Source: Vermamoeba vermiformis
Lineage: Eukaryota
Reading direction: 5' to 3'
Length of the DNA stretch: 64,000 bases
Assembly (NCBI GenBank): GCA_045837725.1
Contig: JBEWZL010000098.1
Span: 310,001 to 374,000, forward strand
Shown here piece after piece: positions 38,501-52,322 of the stretch; within the stretch, counting starts at the first letter, position 1, and each line of letters starts with the position of its first letter. Both the position numbers and the translations under genes were made by a program. The notes beneath the pieces were generated by a model. It made no database searches, was not told the DNA's origin, and saw only the letters and a program-made list of their open reading frames with translations.

Positions 38501-41500
38501 AAGTAAATGTCCAAGTAGTCCGCAACGTCGTTTCGCATGTCAGTGTTGACCACGTTGGTGAAGTTCACTTTGAATGAATCACCGTGCGTTGACACGTTGA
38601 CGGGGCTAGAGAAGTAAGCAATCGTCTGAGTGTTAGTGCTAGTAATGGTCGGCAAGGCAACGAGTGAAAGACCCTTGGCAAGTGTGACTTCGAGTTGAAG
38701 CGTGCCAATGAACACTAATCAGGCGTTAGTAAAAAATAGAAATAGAAATGCGCAATATGTAACTCTTACTCTCAGGCAGTTTGACGCGAACGAGAACGGT
38801 GGTTTGGTTGCCAATAGTGAGCATCTGAGGAGCAGCAATGGGAGTCGTGCTACCAATAGCAGACACTAATTGCATCGAGATTTCAGGGTTCTTGCGAGGA
38901 ACAGTGATGCTAGTGTTACTGCTTAAGACGTTGCCCATAGTAGAGTTGCTGCATTGACCATATTGCAAGCGCAAGGTCTCAGTCAAAGTGACATTGGCCG
39001 AGTAGTTCCAGATGTACTCGGTGTAACGAAGAGAGAATGTTCCACCAGTCAATTCAAGTGCAGGGACGGCAATTGAGAAGCTATCTTGCGAGTAGGTGAT
39101 CGTGGAAGAAGCGTTGGTGTAAACGCTGTTGTTGAAGAAGCGCAACAGCGAGCTAGACAAACTGCTGATGGCCAAGTTGTAAGCAGGGGCCTTGGACGAG
39201 GCACTGTGTGCGATAGTAGCCAAGAACTTGACTTTGTCGCCGTTATCGAACTGTGTAAGGTACGTTAGCATTGGGCGCGATAATTTGACCTATGAACTTA
39301 CTCCACGAGCAACAGCAGAGGCGTTGACTGTTGGCATCAAGAAACCTTCGTTGGTGCTAGGTCCATCGGAGATTTCGTCATCCGCAGTGGTGTAGTCGTA
39401 CAAGTTCCAAATGTTCAAAGTAATTGCAAGACGAGGCTCGACAATTTCGAAGAACAAGTTCAACGAGCTGCTAGTGGCGGTGTTGTAAGTGAATGTAGCC
39501 GTGTTCTGCAGAGCGTTGCCAGTCTCCGAGGCAGATGACAGAACAATGCCAGTCACGTAAATCACGATATTATCGTTACTGTTCGCGACGTTGTTCGGTG
39601 CATTGGCAATGTCACCAAATGTCACCGTGAGGCGATCAGACACGACGTCGTTGTTGCTATCACTGTAAGCGATATTGACACCACCAGAAGGAGTCAATGA
39701 GGTACCGAGTGATTGAATCACTGCGTTTTGGATTTGCACGAAGGGCACGGGCATAGTGACGACTATTTGAGGAGAGACAGTGCGGCCTTCAGGGAAAATC
39801 AACGTGACTTGAAGTGTGACACTTTCACAGATAGCCAAGTCAACATAGGAAGCTAAAACGTTGTTAGAATTGAACATTAAGAATAAGTCGATGTAACTTA
39901 CGATTGAAGAACTGGCTTCCCGTTGAAGGATTCGAAGTTGACAGGACTGAGAAAGTGAAAGAGGGCGCGAGTACTGGGATAGTCACGTTGGCTCCAGTAA
40001 CTGTGTAAGACTTGGCCGCAGTCGTGACCTTGTTGCTATAGTAGGTGCCTGTAGCTCCAGGTAAAACAAACGAGGTACCCGTTTGGATGTTCGTGGCAAC
40101 TTTGACGGTGTAGGTCACAGTGAGAGTTGAGCCGAGGGTGAAGGTGGCAGTGGAGATGGAGATCACACCATTGCTCACAGATACAGTGCCAGTGCCAGCA
40201 GTGATGGTAGGATTACCTTGCAACGTTACTGTTGAAGGAACAGTGTCGGTGATGGAAATGACATAAGCAGGGGCTTTGCTAGAGGCGGTAGGATTGGTCA
40301 ACGACAAAGTAACAACAATGCTGTCGTCTGCGTCAACAGGGCCGGTGTTCGAAGTCGTCTTAGTCAACGCCAGGGTCGGCTCGACGAACTCGATGTTGAA
40401 GGTAGCACTCCTAGTGGCGGAGGTAGCAAGATACACGATCGTGGCAATAGATCCCTTCAAGGCAGCTAAACAAGACTGTTAGCACCACCAATTTTGCTTC
40501 TTTAATTGAGTTACGTACCACTACCGACATTAGATCTGTTGGGAGCAACACGAGAAGAAATGAGCACGGTTATGATATCGCTGTTGTTGGCAACGTTATC
40601 CGGTGTGTTGGTCACTGTGCCGAGGTTAAAAGTGCAAACTCCGGCAGAGATTGTAGCGGTTGCGTTCATCGGGGCACTAGTGATGAAAAGATCAGTTTAA
40701 CATAATCGGATAGGGACGTGACTTACGCATAGCTCAAGCTGGAGCCAATGAAGGCAATAGTACAGCTGAACATTTCCAAATAAGAGCCGTCTGTTTGATT
40801 GACTTGGAACTTGAGCTGAGTGTTGGGAGTAGTTCCCTCAGTGAATCGATAAGAAGCCAAAAAGTTGAGGTCTTCACCAAGTGCCAAATCGTCAACAGTT
40901 GTTGAGTATTGAGTCCTAGCAGTTTCAGTCAAGCTGGTGAAGGGAAGTGAGATGGAAACGCTCGGAGTAGCCGTTGTGATCCTAACGTTGCCAGCCAATG
41001 AGTAGGACTTGGCGGTCGCCACTTCATCAGCCGAGTAGTAGATGCCAGACACAGCGTTTGTGATCTGAGTATTGGGAGCGATGGTGTTGGAGAGCAGCAC
41101 TTTGTATAAGATCACAATCGGTGCTTCGGTGACATCGTAGACAGGCACAGTAAGACCGATTGATGTTTGACCAGTGCTGTTGCCAGAGGTAAGCGTGAAC
41201 TTGTTCGATGCAATGCCCGTGACCGTAGTTTGACCGGCAATCAACGTGTATTCAGCGGGCAAGAAATTGGTGATGACCATGCCGTAGCTGGGCGAGTTGG
41301 TTGTCGCTGTAGGGGAGATAGTGATGGTGAAAGTCAATGTATCACCACCGTCACCGCTGGTCGGGGTTCCGGTAATGGTCAGGGTGTTCGCAGGCTCCAC
41401 AATGTCCGTCAAGAAGTTGACTACTAGTTGTCTGTTGGTGTGGTAGTTCAATGTTCCTTTGAGGATTACGCCGGCATTTCTCGTGTCAGTGTTCATTACG

Positions 41501-44500
41501 ATACCAGTGACGTACACCAAGATCCTATCACCAGCATTCTGAACGTTGTCGAAGTTGTTGGTCACGTCTCCGAAAGTAATGACAACTCTGTCGCTGATGC
41601 TGTCAGCATTGGTATCGCTAACAACGACAGTGCTGCTGGCAGTTGTGATGCTGCTGCCGAGAGTGACAGTGCTGTTGAGCACTCTCATCTTGGTGCCAGT
41701 TGCAGTTGGGAAGTTGACAGTGAATGTCGAAGCAGGAGTGACTCCTTCGGGGAAGGTAATGGTGTAAAGGGCACGGAAGTACTCGCCAGGAGCCAAGTCG
41801 TCAACGTTAGCTGTGCTGAGAGCCTGCAGAGTCAAAGCAAGGGAAGAGTAGTCCAAAGAACCAACGAGGCTAGGGTTGGTAGTGGTGACGCTAATAAGGT
41901 CCGTGGAGATGTCTGGATTGGCGAAGTCAATTCCACCGTTTATCGAAGAGTAGCGCAAGAGTTGACCGAGTCCAGAGGAGTAAGTGGTAAAATCTTGGAC
42001 GGTGCTCTTCAACTGAGCGTCGTAAGTGATGACAATAATGTTTGCACCAACTGTTCCAGCGGCAGGACCCATCGAGGGAGTGATGGAAAGACCGCTAGAG
42101 AACAAATCACCGGTAAAAGCCAAGCTTTGACCGAGGCCATCGTAAACAGCGATGTTTCTGTTGGTAGGCAGCACGTAATCAGAGCCAATATTATCGCTCA
42201 CAATCACGTTGTAGGCTTGACTTCCACCAGTATTTTCTGAACAAGGATTAGCATCCAGGTAATTAATCCACAAGAGAATTAATCCGTTCCGTACCTAACA
42301 CGAGAGCAATGGTAACCAAATCACCAGCGTCAGCACCAGAAACAGTTGTGGGCAAGGTCGAGGTATCACTGGAGGTGAAGTTGCCAGTCCATCGCTTTCC
42401 GGCAGTGCCAGGAGCCGTGAAGGTCTTGCTCGGGGTAGTGTTCAATATCGCAGCGGAGTTTGACACAGCGACAACCTTCTTCGCGATAGTAACGCCTAGT
42501 CCAAGGTTAGACATGCCTTTATCGCATGAGCGTGGTACTTACTAGGCATAGCAAGTTTGTAAGCGAGCCAATCGACTTGAATACCGACTTGATCTTCGGA
42601 GGACTTGGCCAAAGTAGCAATTTGAAGGTCATTAGGGAACTTGTTGTCAGTAATTTGAAGCGTGCACATAATATCAACCATTGTTTGAGTGTTGTTGGGA
42701 TCAGCTTTGGAACCAAAGTCGAAGTAAATGTTGTTTTGGACAGTGGAAGTTGTAACGGTAGGAGTCACGGGCAGTGTGTGCAAGGGACCTAAACCGCAAG
42801 AGTTGATTGCAGGGATTCCCGAGGCACTAAAGTGGTTGTCAGTACTCGGTAGCTATACGTATTGTTGTGCTTACCTCCAGCCCATTGAAGCAGGGACAAC
42901 AAACACGGGGTGAGGAGGATAGAGCTCGAAGTTCAAGCTATTGAAGTCGGTCGTGGGTGTCGCGTAAGTGACTCTCAAAGTCACCACTTGGGAAGGGAAG
43001 AGAGTCAAAGTCTGCGTGCTGAGTACAGCTCCATCAATAGCGTAGGTCGTGAGGTCTATGATACCGTTGATCATTTTGATGGACGACTGCGATGACACTG
43101 TGCCGTTGAATCCAACACTTGTGTCGCTGAAGTTACAGCTGTACTGGAACAAGTTGATAACAGACGACGAGCTGAGCTTAGTGCCGTGGACGACTGAAGT
43201 GCCATCAAGGTACTTGTCCTTGACTTTACCGCTGTATTGGAACTGCAACGAGACTGGGCCACGTAAGCGCGTGTTAGGGTGAACCAACCTGGACACGTTC
43301 AACGACGATTGCAACGTGTTGGTGACCGTGTCCCAGATCATTGCTAGAAGATTAATTAATCAGGATATAACGTATATATTCTCCACGTACTGTTGTCAGT
43401 GAGGACTGTGTTGAGGTTCGAGGCATTGACCGCGATCTGGAAATTGCTTACGTTGACTAGCAAACCATCGTTGAGTGTTTCATAGAGGCGCAATTGATTG
43501 AAGCAGTAGTTGGGATCGGAAATCAAGAAGTTGATGGTCTTCAGAAAGGAGTCTCCAGGAGTGTTTCCCACCGCATTAACATCCACACTGCGCGATATCG
43601 CGGAAGTGAGCGTCAACGGAACTGCGGTAATTGAACCACTTTGTCCAGGGAGGTATTGCTGTAACACGAATAAGACGTAAGTTCATGAACAACTTTTGAG
43701 GGAGGTGAAAACTTACGCGAGTGCAATTGCACGACGGTTCGAAGAAGTTGTAGTTGAGATCAAACGACCAATTGTAGATGTAAGGAGACCACGCATTAGT
43801 TCCATAGCCGCACTTAACGGTGTCGTTGTAATCAATGTAGAAACTGAACGTAATGTAGACGTTATCGAGACTGCTCAGACTATTGTTCAACTTCAACGTG
43901 ATGCTGTCCTTGTAGTTTTGAGAGACGTTAAAGGAACCGCTGGATAGAGTGAGATTGCCAACAGTAGCGCTCTCAATCTTGTTGAGACGAATACCACAAG
44001 GAATGTCTATGGGGAATTTAGGATTAGCGCGTGCTCGTGCAGTACGAAGTGTCACTTACAAATGATGAGAGTTCCGTTGAGAATCTGAAGAGCAGATTTG
44101 AAGGTAACCATGTGCGTGCAATTGTAGATGTATTGAGGACCGATCATGAAATCTTTGCTACTGAACGTGATCTGAGTTTTGAATTCACCAACAGAAACAG
44201 TCGAGTTAACCCAAGCACCAATGATCGAAGGGTTGGTATCGACAGGCTTGTCACCGTAAGTAAATCCAGCGCGAGTTTTCATTAAGAGCGAGGAGAGAGT
44301 AATGTTCCTGTCGGAAGTTGCTGAGATGTCGAGGCTGATCGTGGGCTGAGTAGCAGCGAAGGACAAGAATGGCAGACGGTAGGTGTAGAATACTTCATTA
44401 GCAGCGAGAGCCGTGGAGATTTTTGCTCCTTTAAAAATAGATGAGCTAATCCGCGGAAGAATAACACGAGTGATCTTTACCTGAAGTGTCTTGGGCGTAG

Positions 44501-44817
44501 GGATGAATGAAGCTAGTGACGCCTTTAAAGACCTGTGGGGAGATCGTCATGTCCAAAAATGTTGCCAAGTTTATATTGACTGCTTGGCGATTAGAGGTTG
44601 TGTCAAAAGGCACGATCACATCCACGTAGGGGCCGTAGCCGAGAACATCGCCTCCATTACGAAATTCGATCTTAAAATTCAAGCTATCTCCAAATATAAT
44701 TGAGCCAGAGAGTGAATTGAAATTTGAGACTGGAGCCGGTGCCGCGTACACCGATCGCAGAACACAAATCCAAAATAATATAAATAAATGGCTTTTTAGC
44801 CTGGCATGCGTTAGCAT
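35588..44817 (-). CDS. Giant secreted GPI-type surface protein: DUF11/isopeptide-like Ig repeats, DNRLRE-like domain, EGF, unnamed C-terminal module
   Basis: Signal peptide (HLFILFWICVLRSVYA); repeated DLAxGE..TFPEG..P and GD...T.T.....PAY...I.D units; LQLYV..W.E.TATY..S.EG..PPQL; EGF CSPNTCVNGKC..CACASGWMGNSC; hydrophobic tail; many short introns. Confidence 0.75.
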
Positions 44818-45495
44818 GAGTTGTGGTGATATGTACAAAAAATTGATTGGAAGGAGAAATAAATTTGGCAATTTGGTGGTTAACTAACCCACGAAGCGGA
44901 AAAATTAAGCTGGGCCGTGGAGATATTAAGAAAAGTTGCCTTTTAAGGCGAAATTGATTACAGGTTGCCAAAGGAGTACGCACCCGGTTGAACTGAAACA
45001 TAAGCAGATTCTCCATAGCCCCGCTATTTGTGTCTTGCACGGGTGCCACCATCCTGGATGGGCAGGGACTAGTTGAGTTGGCTCAAATTCAAATTCATTA
45101 TGAATTATTTTCTTCGGTATCTAAAAATAGTGCGACAACGGAACGGAATTCTGGTCGAATTACTATGAAGGGTATAGGTAAGGGTCTCCTCATCAGATTA
45201 AAACCAGCGCTTTAAAAAATTATTAATAATTATCCTTACCAGCGACTTAAATATATTAGATTAATGATATTATAATGAAATAAATTGGTGGATTAGCCTT
45301 GGAATTTATTTACCTCGAAAGTCTCCTTGTTGCCGCAACATTCTAATCCTTGAATCGCGGGCTATTTATGTACAAGACGCGCATAGTATCCTATCAGCGG
45401 TGTTACTATGCTCTTGCGTGTCAGGTGTAAATAATAAAGTGTTTTTGTGCGGGTATTATTTTTTGTTCGATCAACGGTCCACAACAGCTCCTTCG

Positions 45496-48400
45496 ATGTC
45501 AAACATTCATGATACCGAACTAGACCCTTGGGGAGACAGTAGTACTTATAATAAAGTTCAGTGTTGATGGAAGTTAACAAGTTTTACCAGCGCCACTCGA
45601 AGATGTTCCTTTGTCTGCCCGAGCTCGACCACTGAGAAGGGAGCAAAAAAGAAGAATTATTATTGCTGTAATTACATCCGTATTAATAGCTTCGGTTGCC
45701 TTCGTAAGTAATTTGCAATTTTCCAGATTTCAGTAAATTGCTTCAAGCTCTAATGAGCTCGCATTTGTTGATCGTCGTCGGCAATAATATTCATAATTTA
45801 ATTTACAATTAAGGCTGTGATCGCTTTTTCAATTGCAGCAAAACGAGATGACGACCGACCTTCCGAGCCGTCAGAAATTAAACCTGCTTGGGCCGGTATC
45901 GTAGCCGAAGTAAACAGAAATATGGACAGGTACGCATAATCATAATAATAGATGCACATATTTATCTGTTCTTAAGATCTGTAGATCCGTGTGATAACTT
46001 TTATCAATACTCTTGTGGTGGTTGGTTGAAAAATACCCAATTACCCGGCGATCGAGCATCTTATGGCAGATTTACTGAGCTTGCCGAGCTCAACACTAAT
46101 GTGAGTAAAGGAGCTTTAAATTTGGAATTATTCGGAAATTTACTGACCAATCGTTCAGCGCCTCAAATCTATTCTCGAGGGTAACTGGCCGGTAAGGATT
46201 ACAATACTTAAGATTATATTTTGATTTTTGTAAAATTAATTGAATACAGATGCTCGGAAGATTTTATCAAAATTGCATGGATGAAAACCAGATCGAAACT
46301 CTTGGCTTGGCTCCTTTGTCACCTCTTCTCGACCTCATCAACAGCTACAAAAATAGTTCTGCGACATTGGAAACAGTGCTGAGCGTCCTTCACTCTGTTG
46401 GTGTTCGGTCACTTTTCAACGTGTACACCAACATTGACACGTACAACCCGAGCCACGTCTTCTTGAGCGTGGATCAGGGAGGCATGACCTTGCCTTCTAA
46501 GGACTATTACTACGCGGATAGATATGCTTCAGTGCGGTAAGGGTCGCAGATAATCACAACTGGCAGTTTTAACCCCAATGTTAGACAAGTCTTTGCAGCG
46601 CACATTCGACGCATGTTGCAGCTCCTCAACGATCCTTCTATTCCAATTGACGAGGCAGTATGTTTTAATAGCCTTAAACACAATAGAGATACTCATAATC
46701 GTCACAGGCTAACGCGATCTACCAACTCGAAATGGATCTTGCTTACGGCGCTTTGACCCGTACTGAGCGACGCGGTGCGTTGGTGACTTACCATCCAATG
46801 TCGCTTGCTAGCTTGAAGGCGATGGTGCCCAACTTCAACTGGGACAATTACTTCAGTAAGTGGCTTGTGAGCCATCAATCATCACGGCTACCAAACTAAA
46901 GTCTTGCAGGTGGCTTAAACATCAGCACATCTAACCTCGATGTCATCAATGTGGCCGTCCCTGTATTTTTCGGAAACGTTTCAAAAGTGTTAACAGCCGT
47001 ACGTATTAGAGAGAGACACGTGTCGAGTATAGGATCTGACCTCAGTGCATAGACTTCTGCCGATAAAATCAGCTGGTACTTGACTTTCCGTTTACTCTCC
47101 GCTCATGGCTCGTACCTCACTGCAGCCGTGCGCAACGAGAAGTTCACGTTGAGCCAAGCCCTGACCGGTGTGACTGAACAACCTCCTCGCTGGAAGTTCT
47201 GCTCGTCAGCTGCAGACAGCTACTTGGGTGAGCTCGTTGGTCGTTACTTCGTATTGCAGTACTTCTCCGTAAGTAACATCAGGTTATTATACTAAGCGTA
47301 CCAATGATAATTTGACTTAGCCCGATGCACTCAACAAATCTCGCTCGATGATTGGACGCATTGAAGAAGCTTTTGCGGATAATATTCGCAGCTTAGAGTG
47401 GATGGATGAACAGACTAAGACTTATGCTCTGAAGAAGCTGAATGCTATCTGTAAGTGGTCGATCCAAAAAATTATTTTTTTTAACAAAAAATGTAGTTAA
47501 CAAGATTGGGCACCCCGATAAGTGGACGGATTATTCACCAATGGAATTGAAGTCCAACCAATTCTACCAGAACGTTTTTGCAGGTAATTTAAGTTTGATG
47601 CCAAATAAGGGAATTGATGAAACTGACTTCACCCACAGCTTCTAAATTTGGCTTCGATCTTGATATGTCGGCCCTCGGCAAACCAGCAGACAAATCCATG
47701 TGGTCGATGCTACCCCAAATAGTCAATGCTTATTACAGTCCACAATGGAACGAGATTGGGTTCCCAGCCGGCATTCTCCAGCCTCCATTCTTCAGCGACA
47801 AATTCCCTACTGTTATGAATTTTGGTGGTATTGGCGTAAGAAAAGAAATGCAGTTTCATTCGTAGTTACACATTTGCTAATATTCTTCAGACGGTTATTG
47901 GACACGAGTTAACCCACGGATTCGATGATCAAGGAAGACGCTATGATAGGTACAATAGCTTATATATTTTTATAACTGAGCTAACTTAATTCATAGCACC
48001 GGTAATTTCACTGATTGGTGGACCGCTAATGTCGCTGAAAAGTTCGAGCAAAAAGCGAAATGTGTAAGCGATCTGTACAGCTCATACGAAGTCGAACCTG
48101 GATTGCATGTTAATGGTGATCTTACTTTGGGCGAGAATATCGCTGATATGGTTCGTAAATTGAATTTATGACGTCACGCAACGTTGACTGATCCATGGAT
48201 CTTAGGGAGGATTGAAAGAGGCGTTCAAGGCTTGGAAGAGCTTGAAGAAGGCCGATGATAATGTCGATGAGGAAGATGATGATATTAAGGACTCCTTTGG
48301 CTTGAAAGCTGAGCAGCTGTTCTTCGTTTCCTACGCGCAGATCTGGTGCAACAAACAGACTCAGGTACTGGCTATAATATTTTTGGGTTGCCTTACTTAT

Positions 48401-48665
48401 GGTTGAATACAGGAATATACGAGATTTCTAGTCACCACTGATCCTCATAGCCCAGCTGCCTACGTAAGTAATTCTTAGAATTATTCCGTTAATGTCGGAT
48501 TGGCTCCCTAAACAGACGGATTTCATAAATCTAAATTATGATATAAACTAATCCACTTTATAGCGCGTACTTGGCCCACTCTCGAATAGCGAGGACTTCG
48601 CTAAAGCTTTTGAGTGCAAATCCGGATCACGAATGAACCCTCAGAACAAATGCACTGTGTGGTAA
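45496..48665 (+). CDS. M13 (neprilysin/endothelin-converting enzyme) zinc metallopeptidase, type II membrane
   Basis: TM anchor; [68 protein letters not shown]. Confidence 0.95.
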
Positions 48666-48737
48666 AGTGATTCTTGTAATAAATAGTATGATTCGCAAGG
48701 TTTATGTTACAGGATATATATAATACACTAGTGGTGG

Positions 48738-50498
48738 TTACAAAATTACCAACAGCACAGCCGCGGTCACGTAGAACCACTGACCCGCTGTTAGTAGCCA
48801 CCCAGAATTGACTTGGCCTATTGGTTCGGGAAGAAGAGGGTTGATTGGGGTGTCGCCGTTGAATGATGCGATGTTAACGGGAGTCGCGAACATCTTTGTT
48901 TGAGCTCCTGACAGTTCGGCTGCTTGCATGATGAAGCGCGCACGTCGTTGTTGAGCGCCGAACGTGTTGGACACAGCCCACGTGACTTCAACTTCAGCAA
49001 AGAATTGGAACTCTTCAATGCTGTCTGGTGAGACTGTGAACAACACTTCTTCTGCAGAGCCCGTGTGCGTGGTCAGTTCGAATGTCGCGGTTGTTTGTCC
49101 AGGTGGATCCAGCTTGAATTTGTTTTCTCTTGCAAGCACGGTGGGTACTCCTCCGATGAGGAGTGATTTGGAGGTGAGGGTGTTGGTGGGTTTATAATAA
49201 ATGTTGGTGATATTGGTGGTAATAATCGCTGCTTTTGTTGATCCAACTGTGACCAAGAAGTACATGACTTGACCGTCTAAAAATGCGGACTTGGGTTGTA
49301 AATGATTTACGTCTTGAAAGATTTGCAATGTGCCCGACAAATCAATATCGAACACTAGAGCGTTGCAAAAGTCTTCTGATTTGATGATCGCATTGATGGT
49401 TGCGTTGTTGGTGGTGTTGTCAAGTGGACAAGGATCTGACCCTCGACACGCAAGCCTGAAGACCATTTGATAGTCTCCCGTCAATTGACAAGCTCCATTA
49501 GGAATAATATCCATGGTGACCTTCTGTGAGCACACGGTACCTGAACTTGAGCTGCATCCGTTGTCTGCAACACTGGAATTAGCCAACATGTTTCCTGGAG
49601 CCTAAAAAACATCATTAAGGACACGTTATAATACTATTACATGAATTAAACTTACTTTGGTGCTAACCACTTGCATGAGCTTGTAGGGCCATTGCAAAGA
49701 GGTCGAAAGCTCGATCCGACCATGGAACGTTAGAGCATCGACCGCTTGATAGGTAATGGCCGCTAGTAAATTAACGGAACTCGATACTTCAATGGCTGAA
49801 TAAATCTGATTTATGAAATGGAGTTAGAATCCAGCTTGGAGTTAAGAAATCCGAATTTATCCGCGTACCGTCAAGGACTTTGGAAACCTTAGTTGAATGC
49901 GCATGGTACTCTCCGTAAGCCTAGTAATAGGCGTATCTCTTAGTTCTCCAATTTTGTCTCTTTGTCCGATTGAAGCAGCGATCGTCAAATAAATGTACTC
50001 CGCATCTTCGGTCCTTGTCCATCCACATTGGCTGAGCTCAGCTAATGTGACTTCAAAAATAAACATATCGTTGCATGTGCTAACATCTTTTTTCCAATAA
50101 GGTCCTGGGTAGCTGCATATTGAATTATCAATATTCGTGTCTTCTGAAACAAATCTAATTGATGCATTTAATCTATCCGTGACGAGTGGTGACTGTATAA
50201 CGACTCGTAAAATATTATTTTGTATAAAACTGTCTTTTTCTACTAATTGTGGAATATAATCTGTTGATAATGTTGAGGTTGGGTTGAATTCGCAGTCGAT
50301 GGGGACTCGTTCAGTGCAATTTTGAAAGTTGTATCCTCCACTTGAATATCCAGAAAAACAACTGCATATATCGTCTACTCTTTCGCCAGAAACAGTTCCA
50401 TCAGGCGCTATACAAGAGCTGTTGGCAGATACGCCGATCAGCGCACTCCCCATCAATAGCAAAAATATATATACGACAAACTGTATTGTCTGTGCCAT
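48738..50498 (-). CDS. Secreted GPI-type protein: EGF-like domain plus the C-terminal module shared with 35588-44817
   Basis: Signal peptide; CSCFSGYS..NC; CSYPGPYWKKD; SVNLLAAITYQ; STSLQWPY; CPLDNTTN..SEDFC; hydrophobic C-terminus; three exons. Confidence 0.8.
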
Positions 50499-50719
50499 AA
50501 AACTATTAAAATTCCCAACTACTATCGTATTCGCATCTCTCTCTGTTGTGGTCGTGTGAGATAAGAATCAAAAAATTAACTAAATGCGGAATTTTAGGCA
50601 CCGAATGCAAAAAAACTCTCCGAAGGAGGATTAATTATACTATTACGGAAGTAATACACGCAAAGCTATAAATACACGTAATTAGAGGCGGCACACTCCG
50701 ACGATGTTCCGCTAGACTT

Positions 50720-51997
50720 TTACTTGGCTTTAAGTGTGTTGGGGAGCTGTAAGACCTCCAAAATCTCTCCGGCCATCTGCGCTTTGGTGTTAGCTTTGAA
50801 TTTGTAGCCAGATTTCTTCGCCCAAGCTTGGTAGTCAAGCATCTTCAATTTAAGCAACGCCTCGCGAGAAATGCCCTTCTGGATAATTGCACAGCCAACT
50901 GAGGTCGATCCAGCAATCGAATTTCGCACGTTTTCTTTATCTTCGTCCATTTTACCAGCTCCAGAAGCGATCGAAAGCACATCTGAGTGACGAACCGATC
51001 TGTTTCTTGTATTAGTTACCAATAGAGCGATAGAACGTCACTTACTTAGCAAGGGACAATCTTGTGGCCATCGCTGGTTTGAGCTGTAAGGCGAGAATTA
51101 AGTTGTTTGAAAATTCACCAAATAAGGAAATTCCTACCGATTGGGTGATTTCAGCGAGCTTGCCTTCCAGTTCATCAATCTTCAATTGTTTCTCGAAAAC
51201 TTGTTGCTTTAGCGCTGCAATCTGTTAAACGAAGGGTTAGCCGACGTCCGAAGGCGTGTGTTACAAGTTGACGTACCTCTGGTTCGGATGAGGTGTTAAA
51301 GCTCATTTGGTCCAATTCCATCTTCGTTTCTTCCAAGGATTTTTGCAGCGAAGCAATCTGCGATAGTTAGTTTCACTGCCATGGATTACACTATCTAATT
51401 TTGTACGTACCTTAGAGTCCTTTAAGTTGACTTGCGCCTCTAAGTGGCTCATTTGATTCTTGTGCAAGGCTTTGAGTTCGCTGAGTTGGTTTGCGTGACG
51501 CGCGTGCAAGAGATCAATGTACTTCTTTTTGTCCTCGAGCTGACTCTGCGCAAGAAAACACTAATTAGTCGCTAATCCTATTAATTATTCTTGATTATAC
51601 GTACATTAACGCCTTTTAACTGCGCCTCAATTGTCTCTCGACGAGAGACTTCCTTTGTCATGTTTAACTGCCAGTTTTGCTCTGTTTTGTTCAATTTGTT
51701 CTCGTACTCCAGAACAGATTCGCTCATAGACTGTATTCTTTCCTTCTCTTTGTAGAGTTCCTGGAGTATTTGTTCTTCTTGTGCCTTAGCTCGTTGAATT
51801 TCTGTTTTGTAGTGCGAAATCTGTGACTCGATCGCAGTTGATTTGCGTTCAGTTCGCCGATATAATACATAGATAAATACACATTGAAGTATAGCTAAGA
51901 TACGAATTAGTAATCTAACCAAGCCAGCAATAATGAAATAGTAGATCGATCTTGCAATGTCGAACGTACCAATTATTAGATAAGTGATTGGTGCCAT
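50720..51997 (-). CDS. N-terminal TM + coiled-coil + C-terminal SAP/HeH-like protein
   Basis: Hydrophobic N-terminus, long heptad region over several exons, tail IQKGISREALLKLKMLDYQAWAKKSGYKFKANTKAQMAGEILEVL. Confidence 0.6.
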
Positions 51998-52322
51998 GTT
52001 ATGCTATTTTTTGTTTTCAACTATACAGTTATAGGGTATATAAATATTTACAAAGCGTCAGATCTTCGATCGAATGCCAAAGTCTGACGATTATTTACTG
52101 GTAAGCTTAATCACCAATAAATAATGTGTAGTTCTTACTGACGTAGACTAACAAAATGAATCGGGACCGAAAATTTAAATTTTGAGTTACAACGGCTAGT
52201 AGGAAATGCGCGGTTCCGGTCATTCTATTTTTCCGCACGAGTGTTCTACATCCAACGCGCTCGTTGCTTAATTTTGCATTTATTGGTCAAAGGCGTGAGA
52301 GGAGGCTTCTCTTGGATTAAGG

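Noticed and set aside
41167-42240. Plus-strand ORFs up to 270 aa
   Set aside because: Antisense shadows of the large minus-strand exon.
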